A stretch of DNA of 63,242 bases, the filler included, from Octopus bimaculoides (lineage: Eukaryota): NCBI RefSeq assembly GCF_001194135.2. It is 5 parts of 5 records of this genome, joined end to end, with 100 filler letters (N's around TTAATTAATTAA, not from the genome) between each part and the next. Parts side by side here need not be neighbours in the genome. Positions count along the whole stretch, not along the records: positions 12,863 to 26,572 come from NC_068983.1; positions 26,673 to 49,179 come from NC_069009.1; 3 more parts are not named here. One strand, written 5' to 3'. The notes below the pieces were generated by a model, which was not told where the DNA came from, searched no databases, and saw only the letters and a list, made by a program, of their open reading frames with translations. Positions 25,758-36,370 of the stretch are shown here, one piece after another. The translations under genes and the position numbers were made by a program. How positions within the stretch are numbered: the stretch's first letter is position 1; each line of letters begins with the position of its first letter.

Positions 25758-26672
25758 CGTGTATTTGCTATGTCCTGATGCAATACCAGGCAGTGGCTCT
25801 CATGGCTTCTGATCTTAATTGATTGGAAGTGTTATCATGTACATTGTTTTGTCTTAGTATAAAAGATGGCCTACAGCAAATATAATATAATATAATATAA
25901 GGAAAGAATAAATAGAGCCAAAACGAAGAGGGAGTACGCCTCTCCCCGTCACCACTATCTCTCTGGCTCTCTCTCTATCTCTCGTTGCTCGTCCTTCGCC
26001 TCTCCCCGTCACTACTATCTCTCTCTCTCTCTCTCTCTATCTTTCGCTGCTCACTTATATTCTACTACCTCCCCTTTTTCTCCCTACCCCTCGTTGGTCA
26101 CATGTTTCCAGCTACTAATTCTTTTCATTCTTGGTCTCCCCAAGCTTCGCACGTACATTTTCGTCCTTCCAGTTCGTGCTTCACAGCGTTCAATATGCAC
26201 ATACTTCTCCACGTTTGGCTGTACAGCCTTTTTTGTTTGTTTATTTCACCGTTTCGTTTTCTTCTCTTGTTTTCCGTCCGCCACTATTCTCCATGGAACA
26301 AATTTAATTTGTGTCCGTGGGAAGAGCCATTTTAACGATGCGTCCTGCCCTAACTCTTCGAAACGCCAGTGTTATAATGGTAGCAGCTGATGAAGGATAT
26401 GTTCTCTATGTGGCCTGTGTGTTTTTTGTACCTCGTTTATCATTTTGCCCATGTTTTATTTTGCAACGTCATGTACCCAGATATGCATCTATATGTACAT
26501 GTAGATGAAGGTATGTACATACATGTACATATATATGCATATACTCATATATATATATATACATATATATATNNNNNNNNNNNNNNNNNNNNNNNNNNNN
26601 NNNNNNNNNNNNNNNNTTAATTAATTAANNNNNNNNNNNNNNNNNNNNNNNNNNNNNNNNNNNNNNNNNNNN

Positions 26673-26862
26673 TTTCTCTCACTCTTTCTTCCTGTTTCTG
26701 TTGTGCCTGTAATTCAAAAGGGTCAGCCTTGTCACACTGTGTCACGCTGAATATCCCCGAGAACTACGTTAAGGGTACACGTGTCTGTGGAGTGCTCAGC
26801 CACTTGCACGTTAATTTCATGAGCAGGCTGTTCCGTTGATCGGATCAACTGGAACCCTCGAC
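26673..26862 (+). mobile_element. SINE family A 3' half
   Basis: Body identical in layout to 3258 and 8437. Ends at GGAACCCTCGA. Confidence 0.85.
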
Positions 26863-27107
26863 TAGGCCATTGCGCCTCCACTCTCCGATATCTAGGAACC
26901 CGAAAAATGTTTTTCAAAAAAAAAAAATGCATTTTTCAAGGAGAGGTGCGAAATTGCATTACGCCTCCCAAAAGGTTATTAGGCTTAGAAAAGTTCAGGA
27001 CAACTTATTACATCTCGTAAAGTACAGAACAGGAACACAGAGTCAAATTTGTCAACGTGTGCTTCCTTGGAGATAAAAGACTTTTCAAAGACGGCTCGGG
27101 TTCGCTT

Positions 27108-27121
27108 GTTACTATGGCAAC
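27108..27121. promoter_or_regulatory. Putative RFX X-box
   Basis: GTTACTATGGCAAC fits GTTRCYATRGYAAC and lies about 650 bp upstream of the HAUS7 ATG, with ATTGG (CCAAT) near 27201. Confidence 0.35.
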
Positions 27122-27769
27122 ACGCACATTAAAAAACAAAAGAATTCTCGTGATCAGCTTCTTATTATCGAAACAGATATGAATATTACTGTGGCTTACG
27201 ATTGGCTAAAAAAAAAAAACCAAAATTTTCAAACTTTAACTGCTAATAACTTTTTATTCATTGATTTATAGCGAAAATTACTTTCACGTCATTAATAAGC
27301 CTATAAAAGTGTATATGAAATTAATATGAACGGAATTGATGCTGGCAGCGAAACCGATAATATCCTAACCTTTCATACAGTTAAGCATTCCGCCCGGTAC
27401 GCTAACGGTTTTACCTGCTCGCCGCCTTTTCTACAATAACCCCCTCAGCTACCTCCTTAATAGCCTTTCCTCTTACTTTTACCTAACGGTCTTTCTTTAA
27501 TTTACTGAATCATTCTCACTCACTCCCCTTCGCAGTTTTCCTCCCACTTTTACCGTACATCTATTGCTATCCCTCCCACACAGTGTTTGTCTCTCTCTAC
27601 TCCTTTCCCTCCCTCTTTATCCATTCCTCCCACTACTTCGTTCTTTCACAGTAAATCTATTACTATCACCCCCATACAATATCAACCACTTCTCCCCTTC
27701 TATCTCTCTCTCACACTATAACAGTCTCCTCCTTTTCCCCTTCATTCATTCCCTTTCCGCGTTATTGTG

Positions 27770-27817
27770 ATGGCGGGTTATTTGAATTCAGTCGAAAAAC
27801 TTCTGCACCGTTTAGAG
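27770..27817 (+). CDS. HAUS7: HAUS7-like augmin subunit, probable first coding exon
   Basis: ATGGCG start, MAGYLNSVEKLLHRLE, strong GAG|GTAAGT donor in phase 0. It joins DLDCP, giving RLEDLDCP (cf. recalled human KLKDLNCP). Confidence 0.7.
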
Positions 27818-28040
27818 GTAAGTTCCTTATTATTTATTTTATAAACCGACTAGTATCCAACATTTCATATCCATCGATCTAGGCAAGTGACCTGATCTGA
27901 GATCGTGTGCTGGAACGAAAACAATTGCAGCGTGGAAGGTGTTTATAAGCCATTTAAAATAACACACAAAGACCGTTAGATTCATTTCAACATTTGAATT
28001 TAATTTGCCAAAATATTTTCGTCGCTTTGAGACCGCGATC

Positions 28041-28745
28041 GGTCCAGATGGACTATATGTCACATATGTGACATTTTAAATCCTTGAAATACAAGAACAC
28101 TGGTGAAAAATTCTCGAAATAAACCGTTCCTGGCCCTCGTCGAAGTAGATTAGTTTGTTTAAAAAGTAAGGCGAAGGTAAAGAATATGCACACCACCCGT
28201 TTTCGGCGCTTAGCTTTAAAAAGTAAAAGAAAAAGGACACTTGTTTACAAAAGGAAGTTCTGGAGTCAATTCTGCAAACCGATGCTCCATACTGGCAGTT
28301 GTCTAATGGGAAATTTATAATCTCCGTATTTTTCCGCATATTTTGAAGAAAAAAAATTCTGAACAAAATAAAAAATTAAAGAAATGGGGGTGTGGTAATT
28401 TTAAAATGCCCATTTTTCTACAGATTCATATTCCCCGTAGCCGAAAAGGGGTTGTGTTAAAAAAATTTTTTAAGGGTAGTTGGTGGAGGCGGGGAACGTT
28501 CTTATCTTCGAAGGCAGTGATGCAGAACAACGAAACAGGAACCATGGACGTAGAATTGATGGGCTGTGGGGTTTTGGGGGTCTCAAACAAGGCTCAGACT
28601 GTCGATACTTTTGTGTGGAACAGCGTGATGGGAACAGTCTGATCCCAATTGAAAAATAATGTGAAAAAAGTTCACTGATTCATTCAAGTGAGTGGCCCAC
28701 TTATTTAAATGCCATAGGTTATTTACCCTCGACAGTGGACCAGTG
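28041..28745 (+). mobile_element. Degraded Merlin-type element in HAUS7 intron 1
   Basis: Starts GGTCCAGATGGACTATATG, like the 48277 MITE terminus. 28500-28745 reads HGRRIDGLWGFGG...VEQRDGNSLIPIEK*...IHSSEWPTY...GY..TVD, an ISXO2-like core. Confidence 0.65.
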
Positions 28746-31249
28746 ACCGGAGCACGCACACACGCAGGCGTGATCAAGGCTAGATGCTAAAACTATGATT
28801 CTGAAAACCGAAAGATCGCCCTGAAGTTTTTTTTTTTAATCTCTGAAATATCTGAAAGATACGGTAGAGATACCCGTTTGACACCGTGGTAGACCGCACA
28901 CTACATATATATATACTGGTACCGAAAATTTTGTGGATCTAGTAACTGACGTGCAATGCCAAATCGGATGTTACTGGAAATATACAAAAAAGCAGATTCA
29001 AGAGTATAATGGGAGTAGATACAAATATATGATTGAATCCCCATCTAGATGAGTTTCTTTGGAGGGGAAAAACTGGAGATGAATGTTTTCAGAACATTCT
29101 AAAACATCTTTCAGGATAGTTCACTTTTGAGTAAGAAAACATTTTATTTCATTATTTTCACTTTTCTTAATGAATATTTTTTGAATAGCATTTTATTTCT
29201 GTTTCAAAATTTGTTTTATTTTCATTTATTCAGTCGGTTCTTTGTTTTAATAGACAGGTAGACGGCCCATCCCCACCCCTCAATTTACAGTTTATACATA
29301 TTCATACACGTGGATGGTTTTTTTTTTTTATCTCGTGTGCTAACTAGGTTACTGATTAGTGTATGCGTCCGATGACTGGCTCGGGTGTACTCTTAGGTTT
29401 ACGCCGACGCGTCGGGACTTCTGGATTTAAGTAGTACCTTCCTCTTTACGCACGGCATATAAACTCCTCGTAATTTCTTTTTTTATTTGGGGGAATTTTC
29501 AGACAGTTTATTGATATGATTATGCAAAAACCTGAGGAATTATATGGCATTATTAAAGCAAAATTCTGGGTACTATTCAAGAAGGGTGGTCCCGGTGCGC
29601 ACCCGCGCTAGCGAGTCGTGACTAGTCGATCCTTCGACGACTACCTAGCGTGAATGCGCAAAACATGTATGAGGGGTTTTTTTTAAACAAAGTAAATCCA
29701 ATTTCCTAACCCAACACTTTTTACGGAAACTGCCGAATTATATGTAAATAAAGAGATGACAACAACAAAAAAAGGACTAGTATCGAAAGATCGCCAAAAA
29801 ACCTCATACATGTTTTGCGCATGACGCGCACTCACGCTAGGATCGACTAGTCACGACTAGCTAGCGCGGATGCTTGATGGGAGAATGCGGTACTGGAAGG
29901 TCTATAAACGGAGGTAATTAGTTTGTCACTGTTCATTGTTCGAAAAAACCATATTTCACTGTAAATTATCATTTTGATCGTATACTGTTTGATCGCAAGA
30001 TATAATTATGCATCAGTGTTCCATAAGTCGTAAATTAATTTCTGCTGTAAGTTATGTGATGTTTGGCTTCAACAAGGTCCATTAGAAATCGGCGGTAATT
30101 GGCAACAAGTAGTTGTTCACGCCTTGGCCTTTCGGTTTTTTTTGGGGGGGTTTTTTCTTTTTCTTCTTCTACGGAAACCCACTTTTTTGACTGCGGTGTT
30201 CAGAATCGGTCCAAAAGAAAAAAAAATTCGGCATTTCAAAAGTTTAATCCCCGTACCTGCCTTTATTTTTATTTTTATTTTTTTTGAAATTTTTTTGCGA
30301 AATACGTAGAAAAATACGGAGATTGTGATTCTGAAAAAAAAAATATATATATAATTCCACTTATTCAAAAATAAATAAATAAACACCCCCNNNNNNNNNN
30401 NNNNNNNNNNNNNNNNNNNNNNNNNNNNNNNNNNNNNNNNNNNNNNNNNNNNNNNNNNNNNNNNNNNNNNNNNNNNNNNNNNNNNNNNNNNNNNNNNNNN
30501 NNNNNNNNNNNNNNNNNNNNNNNNNNNNNNNNNNNNNNNNNNNNNNNNNNNNNNNNNNNNNNNNNNNNNNNNNNNNNNNNNNNNNNNNNNNNNNNNNNNN
30601 NNNNNNNNNNNNNNNNNNNNNNNNNNNNNNNNNNNNNNNNNNNNNNNNNNNNNNNNNNNNNNNNNNNNNNNNNNNNNNNNNNNNNNNNNNNNNNNNNNNN
30701 NNNNNNNNNNNNNNNNNNNNNNNNNNNNNNNNNNNNNNNNNNNNNNNNNNNNNNNNNNNNNNNNNNNNNNNNNNNNNNNNNNNNNNNNNNNNNNNNNNNN
30801 NNNNNNNNNNNNNNNNNNNNNNNNNNNNNNNNNNNNNNNNNNNNNNNNNNNNNNNNNNNNNNNNNNNNNNNNNNNNNNNNNNNNNNNNNNNNNNNNNNNN
30901 NNNNNNNNNNNNNNNNNNNNNNNNNNNNNNNNNNNNNNNNNNNNNNNNNNNNNNNNNNNNNNNNNNNNNNNNNNNNNNNNNNNNNNNNNNNNNNNNNNNN
31001 NNNNNNNNNNNNNNNNNNNNNNNNNNNNNNNNNNNNNNNNNNNNNNNNNNNNNNNNNNNNNNNNNNNNNNNNNNNNNNNNNNNNNNNNNNNNNNNNNNNN
31101 NNNNNNNNNNNNNNNNNNNNNNNNNNNNNNNNNNNNNNNNNNNNTTTTTTTTTTTTTTTTTTTTTCTACGGATTCCGACCTTGTCTCCAATGGTGGTTCT
31201 GAATATGCAAAAAAAAAAAATTTTTAATCTACTTTAGACGTTTCGATAT

Positions 31250-31610
31250 TTGCTCAAGGTGCCATGCAGTGAGACTGAACCTGGAACCATGTGGTTTAGC
31301 AGCAAGCTTCTTCCCACACAGCCACACCTGCGCCTTCAGTTTGAGCAGAATATTGGGATTGAAGGACACTGCTTATATGACAGGGATGCTCGTTTACAGC
31401 TGTCATGCAGGACAGGGAAACCTCAACTTACGCGTGTGCACACACACACACACATTGGGCTTCTTTCAGCCCATCTATCATATCTACTCAGGGTTTGGGT
31501 TGGCCTGGGTTTTTATAGAAGACGCTTGCCCAAGGTGCCTTGCAGTGGGACTGAACCTGGAACCATGTAGTTGGGAAATAAGCTTCTTTATCATACAGCT
31601 GCATATATAA
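31250..31610 (-). mobile_element. Two SINE family B head fragments
   Basis: CCCAAGGTGCC(A/T)TGCAGT...ACTGAACC appears twice in reverse orientation. Confidence 0.7.
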
Positions 31611-31727
31611 TAATATACACCAGTGGCCTGGGGCAAATTTCTTGACCATTCCATACCCTCACTGCTTATACCTGCCACCCCTCTCTCACCTAAATGGATT
31701 GTTCATGTTGTCTTTCTATTTTACCAG

Positions 31728-31834
31728 GATCTAGACTGCCCCCATGTCGTGGGGATTGATCGGGACTGGATCTTAGACCAACTGGTTAACCCTTCAGCAG
31801 AAAGAACCAAGATTATTGTATGGCTGCTGGGGAT
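31728..31834 (+). CDS. HAUS7: HAUS7-like exon 2
   Basis: TTTTACCAG acceptor, DLDCPHVVGIDRDWILDQLVNPSAERTKIIVWLLG(M), phase 0-2. Confidence 0.85.
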
Positions 31835-32211
31835 GTAGGTATCTATTTGTTATTATGGACAAGTCCAGCTTAGATGTGTTGTAACGCTTTGTTGATTTTC
31901 GAGCATGAATTGTCTTGGAATCTTGACTCTTGTCTTGGAATCTTGACTCCTGTTATAGCAGTAGTAGTTTAAACGTAATCTCTACCAGATTCCCATTAAA
32001 GCAAATAATCAGTAACACGTGTAAGGAAAAGATAAACTGCTAAAAATAGACAACTGATTACGTTGAAGCTTTGTAGTCAGGTGTTGTTTATGACTCATTG
32101 GTGTCCCCCAAGGCTGTTGTTTGTAATTGTATAAAAAGAAAAGATATTTCATAATGAAATGTGTGTTTGATGAACCCAGCGCTTCATCTTGTTAATGAGC
32201 AAGGCCTATAC

Positions 32212-32828
32212 AAGGGCTGTCCAACCTGAGGCCCATGGGCCACATGCAACCTGCAGACCTTTATCTCAGTGTAATAATTTTATCTTATAATTGTGGTGGC
32301 ACGTAAAAGCACCCACTACACTCTCGGAGTGGTTGGCGTTAGGAAGGGCATCCAGCTGTAGAAACTCTGCCAAATCAGATTGGAGCCTGGTGTAGCCATC
32401 TGGTTCGCCAGTCCTCAGTCAAATCGTCCAACCCATGCTAGCATGGAAAGCGGATGTTAAACAATGATGATGATATATTAGGAAGGTCATCCAATCATAG
32501 AAACCATACCAAAGCAGACCTCACTGGTGCTGGTGCCACATAAAAAGCACCCAGTACACTCTGTAAAGTAGTTGACATTAGGAAGGGCATCCAGCTGTAG
32601 AAACTGCCAAATCAGATTGGAGCCTGGTGTAGCCATCTGGTTTTCACGAGTCTTCAGTCAAATCGTCCAACACATGCTAGCATGGAAAGCGGTCGTTAAA
32701 CGATGATGATGATGTAATAATAGCATGAGAAAGCAAAATGCCTTCAATTGTGTCAGTATTACAAGCTTCCCCTCAAAAATCTTTGTGATTTAAGTGGCCC
32801 GCAACGTAATTCAAGTTGGCTAGGCCTG
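32212..32828. mobile_element. hAT-type MITE containing two nested RTE tails
   Basis: Ends AAGGGCTGTCCAACC...GGCCC and GTGGCCCGC...GTTGGCTAGGCCTG, with 8-bp flanks GCCTATAC / GCCTAAAC. RTE tails sit at about 32296-32475 and 32520-32715. Confidence 0.65.
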
Positions 32829-32956
32829 GCCTAAACTCATTGGAGTTGAGGAAATTATTGCTGGTATTTCTTCTTTGGATGAAGAATTTACTCTTGCACA
32901 GATAATGAGTGATTTGGACAATCACACTGGTGAATGATGAGCGAAGTAGCAATTAA

Positions 32957-33163
32957 CCCTTTAGTATTCAGATTATTCTATCAAATTTTATACTTCATCC
33001 ATATTGTTTTAAGCTAATCATGCATTATTTCGTAGCTTCAAGGTTTCAATGATGTTATCATCTACTTTTAGAATGACATTATAGGTTGGTGTGAGATGCC
33101 AAATCTGGGCAGTTTTAACATAGAACAGGTAGATCATTTGGGTCGGTTTAAACACGAAAAGGG
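32957..33163 (+). mobile_element. piggyBac-type MITE
   Basis: TTAA|CCCTTT ... AAAGGG|TTAA termini. Confidence 0.7.
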
Positions 33164-33251
33164 TTAAGGTGACAACTACAGAACCTTTGACATGTACCTA
33201 CAACGCCATGCATACATATTTATTTACCATTTTTCCTTCTCTGCTACTTAG

Positions 33252-33319
33252 GATTGAACCAACAATGCTGGTTTCCATCGACACCACAGCTCGCTTTGAT
33301 AATGAGAGCCAGAGGAAAG
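33252..33319 (+). CDS. HAUS7: HAUS7-like exon 3
   Basis: AG/GT, 68 nt, phase 2-1, IEPTMLVSIDTTARFDNESQRK. Confidence 0.8.
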
Positions 33320-33354
33320 GTAACTGACTAATTGATCTCTCTGGTTTACATGTT

Positions 33355-33550
33355 TTAGTCATTTGACTGCGGCCATGCTGCAGCACCGCCTTTTTAGTCT
33401 AGCTAATCGACCCCAGGACTTATTCTTTGTAAGCCTAGTACTTATTCTATCGGTCTCTTTTGCCGAACCACTAAGTTATGGGGACGTAAACACACCAGCA
33501 TCGGTTGCCAAGCGATGTTGGGGGGACACACATACATACATACATATATA

Positions 33551-33592
<42 letters not shown>

Positions 33593-33745
33593 TATGATAG
33601 GCTTCTTTCAGTTTCCGTCTAACAAATCAACTCTCAAGGCCCATGGCGATAGTAGAAGACACTTGCCCAAGGTGCCACGCAGTGAGACTGAACCCAGAAC
33701 CATGTGGATCGTAAGCATGCTACTTACCACACAGCCACTCCTACG
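33355..33745 (-). mobile_element. SINE family B
   Basis: Reverse-complement full copy with an internal (TA/TG)n tract. Confidence 0.8.
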
Positions 33746-33904
33746 CCTATGCCAATGGAATTACAATAGAAGACTAACTGTATCTTTCCTCCATTTTGAT
33801 TTAATAAAGCCTGGTACTAGTGATATACTGGGGGTAGATATTATAGCATGGCTTCATGCTTGGAATAGGTTTCTCTTCTCATCCTTCTTCGTTTGCTGTT
33901 ACAG

Positions 33905-33966
33905 ATCTGTTGATGCTGCTCTCATCCCTGGGGTTCTGTGCACCTGATAGAATGGACTTAATAAAG
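33905..33966 (+). CDS. HAUS7: HAUS7-like exon 4
   Basis: AG/GTAAG, 62 nt, phase 1-0, (D)LLMLLSSLGFCAPDRMDLIK (cf. recalled HAUS7 LCAPDDQELLKG). Confidence 0.88.
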
Positions 33967-34267
33967 GTAAGACTATATCACCTGTCTGATTTTTTTTCAT
34001 CGTCATCAATGGTTTGATGTCTGCTTTTTCTCATTCTTGCATGGGTGAGGCCAGGTATGTTTAGACAGATCTTCTACAGCTGGTTGCCCTTCCTTTTGCC
34101 AGACACTCTTCCATTAAAAAGAAAGGTGGTAGTTTCATATGGCCAGGCATGTTTTCACAGAGAACTGGAAAAGCATGACACTGCTTGTATGACGGTGATG
34201 CTCGTTTACAGCTATCATGCAACGTCAAGGACAAGTGTGTGTGTGTGTGTGGAAATATATATATATT

Positions 34268-34501
34268 CTTGTTTCAGTCATTTGGCTGCGGCCATGTTGG
34301 AGCACTGCCTTTCGTCAAGCAAATCCACCCCAGGACTCATTCTTTGTAAACCTAGTACTTATTCTATCAGTCTCTTTTGCCAAACCGCCAAGTTAGAGAG
34401 GCGTAAACACACCAGCATCGGTTGTCAAGCGATGTTGAGAGGACAAACACGCACATACATACATATACATATATGATTCAATAATAGGATAAATTTTCAT
34501 G

Positions 34502-34533
<32 letters not shown>

Positions 34534-34695
34534 CGAGCTTCTTTCAGTTTCCGTCTACCAAATACACTCACAAAGTTTTGGCCGACCCGAGGCTATAGTA
34601 GAAGACACTTGCCCAAGGTACCTTGCAGTGGGACTGAACCCAGAACCATGTGGCTGGTAAGAAAGCTACTTACCACACAGCCACCCCTGCACCTA
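34268..34695 (-). mobile_element. SINE family B
   Basis: Reverse-complement full copy. Confidence 0.8.
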
Positions 34696-34783
34696 TATAT
34701 TTATACAGCTTGAAGATTGCATGAAACCATTTTGCTCTCTCTCTCTCTCTCATTGACTATTTCTCCTTTCTATTTTTTTTAAG

Positions 34784-34860
34784 GGTACAGCTTCGAAAAG
34801 GGATCAGCTCCAGTTGTTCTCTCTCCTCTTGGACATCGTTGAGGTCAGCCATAGTAAAGA
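34784..34860 (+). CDS. HAUS7: HAUS7-like exon 5
   Basis: AG/GTAAGT, 77 nt, phase 0-2, GTASKRDQLQLFSLLLDIVEVSHSK. Confidence 0.88.
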
Positions 34861-34904
34861 GTAAGTATATTTTTCATGTCTTCCCTGTCTTTATTCTTTC
34901 TTCC

Positions 34905-34949
<45 letters not shown>

Positions 34950-35201
34950 AATGTGTGCTCTGTATGTTGGTCGAAATACTGAGAATTCTGGTCATCATTT
35001 GTTCATGTTAGTATTTCTATTACTTTTTCTCTTTTTGTTTGTCTTACACATATTCTCCCTTCTCTCTGTATGTTTGTGTGCATGCATGTGCATATATCTG
35101 TACATTTATATGTGCATCTATGTATGTATTTCTGGATGTATGTATATTCTTCCAAGCTGTTGTGGCATTATAGTTGACTTTTCTTCTACTTCAATCTCTA
35201 G

Positions 35202-35375
35202 TCTCCCGTCAGACTTGGACAATGAATGGCAAAAACAAGACCAATTTGTGCAGCAGATTGCCACCCATCCAACCATTATGAAGAGTCTGCTCTCTCACAA
35301 GGTCAATCTCCTGCCACCAGAAGTTGGGGCTCGCATTATGAAAACTCAACATAGGAACCCTGAAGATTTGTCAAA
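35202..35375 (+). CDS. HAUS7: HAUS7-like exon 6
   Basis: AG/GTAAGT, 174 nt, phase 2-2, LPSDLDNEWQKQDQFVQQIATHPTIMKSLLSHKVNLLPPEVGARIMK... Confidence 0.85.
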
Positions 35376-35444
35376 GTAAGTCTATTTCTATATTTCTCTC
35401 AGTCTCTCTCTTTTTACATCTGCGTATCTCTCTCTCTTTCTGGC

Positions 35445-35632
35445 CTTCGTGCGGGTGACACGTAAAAGCACCCACTACACTCTAGGGAGTGGTTGGCGTT
35501 AGGAAGGGCATCCAGCTGTAGAAACTCTGCCAAATCAGATTGGAGCCTGGTGTAGCCATCCGGTTTCACCAGTCCTCAGTCAAATCGTCCAACCCATGCT
35601 AGCATGGAAAGCGGATGTTAAACAATGATTAT
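35445..35632 (+). mobile_element. RTE tail copy
   Basis: Near-consensus tail. Confidence 0.8.
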
Positions 35633-36235
35633 GATATATATATAGGTAAATCATTGCTTCAATATTTCAAGGGTAGTCTGAAGTATCTAAGCAACCAGGG
35701 GATAGTTAAATCCAAAGGCACTCCTGGAAATTACTTGTGTGGGTNNNNNNNNNNCCAAAGGCACTCCTGGAAATTACTTGTGTGGGTATTGTCTTCGTTA
35801 GAAGGTATCCAGAGGCAGGTAATTTATTGTTTAAACCGCAGTTTATGATTATAATTATGTATATATACTATTTGTTTTCGTGCTTGGTTTGTAAGGTTCT
35901 TTATGTGAAATCGTTGGTTGAAATAACAAAATAGGAGAAAAGTCATTGAAAACATAGCAAATAGCAACAAAAGAGCTTTGGCAAAAAAAAAAAACAGCAA
36001 AAACAAAACAAACAACCTACCGTTTAACCAAATTAAACAAACATTTGATTAGTTAGATGAATACATAATCAAATGATTTAATAATAAAGGAGTAGAGTTG
36101 AATGAGTGCATGTGTTTATAATATTGGTTGGGGGACTTATCTGGGGCCAAATGTATCCCTGGAACTCTCGCACCTTTCCCAACCACTAACCATGCACACC
36201 CTTACTTATCCTCACTTTGTTTTGGTATTTTCCAG

Positions 36236-36338
36236 GAATAAAATATCTGATCTGGTGAAAGGGTATGAAAATACTTTGGAGACACTCCAGGAGGAGTTAG
36301 CAGTGAAATCCCAGGAGTTGGAGGTGATCAAGGCTACG
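36236..36338 (+). CDS. HAUS7: HAUS7-like exon 7
   Basis: TTTTCCAG/GTGAGT, 103 nt, phase 2-0, coiled-coil-like NKISDLVKGYENTLETLQEELAVKSQELEVIKAT. Confidence 0.85.
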
Positions 36339-36370
36339 GTGAGTTATTGTTTAATCCCAGATCAGACATA

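Noticed and set aside
24436-25822. Poly-His, poly-Ile, poly-Asn and poly-Asp ORFs
   Set aside because: They are translations of (CAT)n and (TAA/TGA)n microsatellites with no splice or homology support.
33363-33947. 194-aa plus-strand ORF in HAUS7
   Set aside because: It runs through an antisense SINE and reads exon 4 out of frame.
35712-35787. 33-bp direct repeat
   Set aside because: Identical copies on either side of a 10-N gap indicate an assembly artefact.
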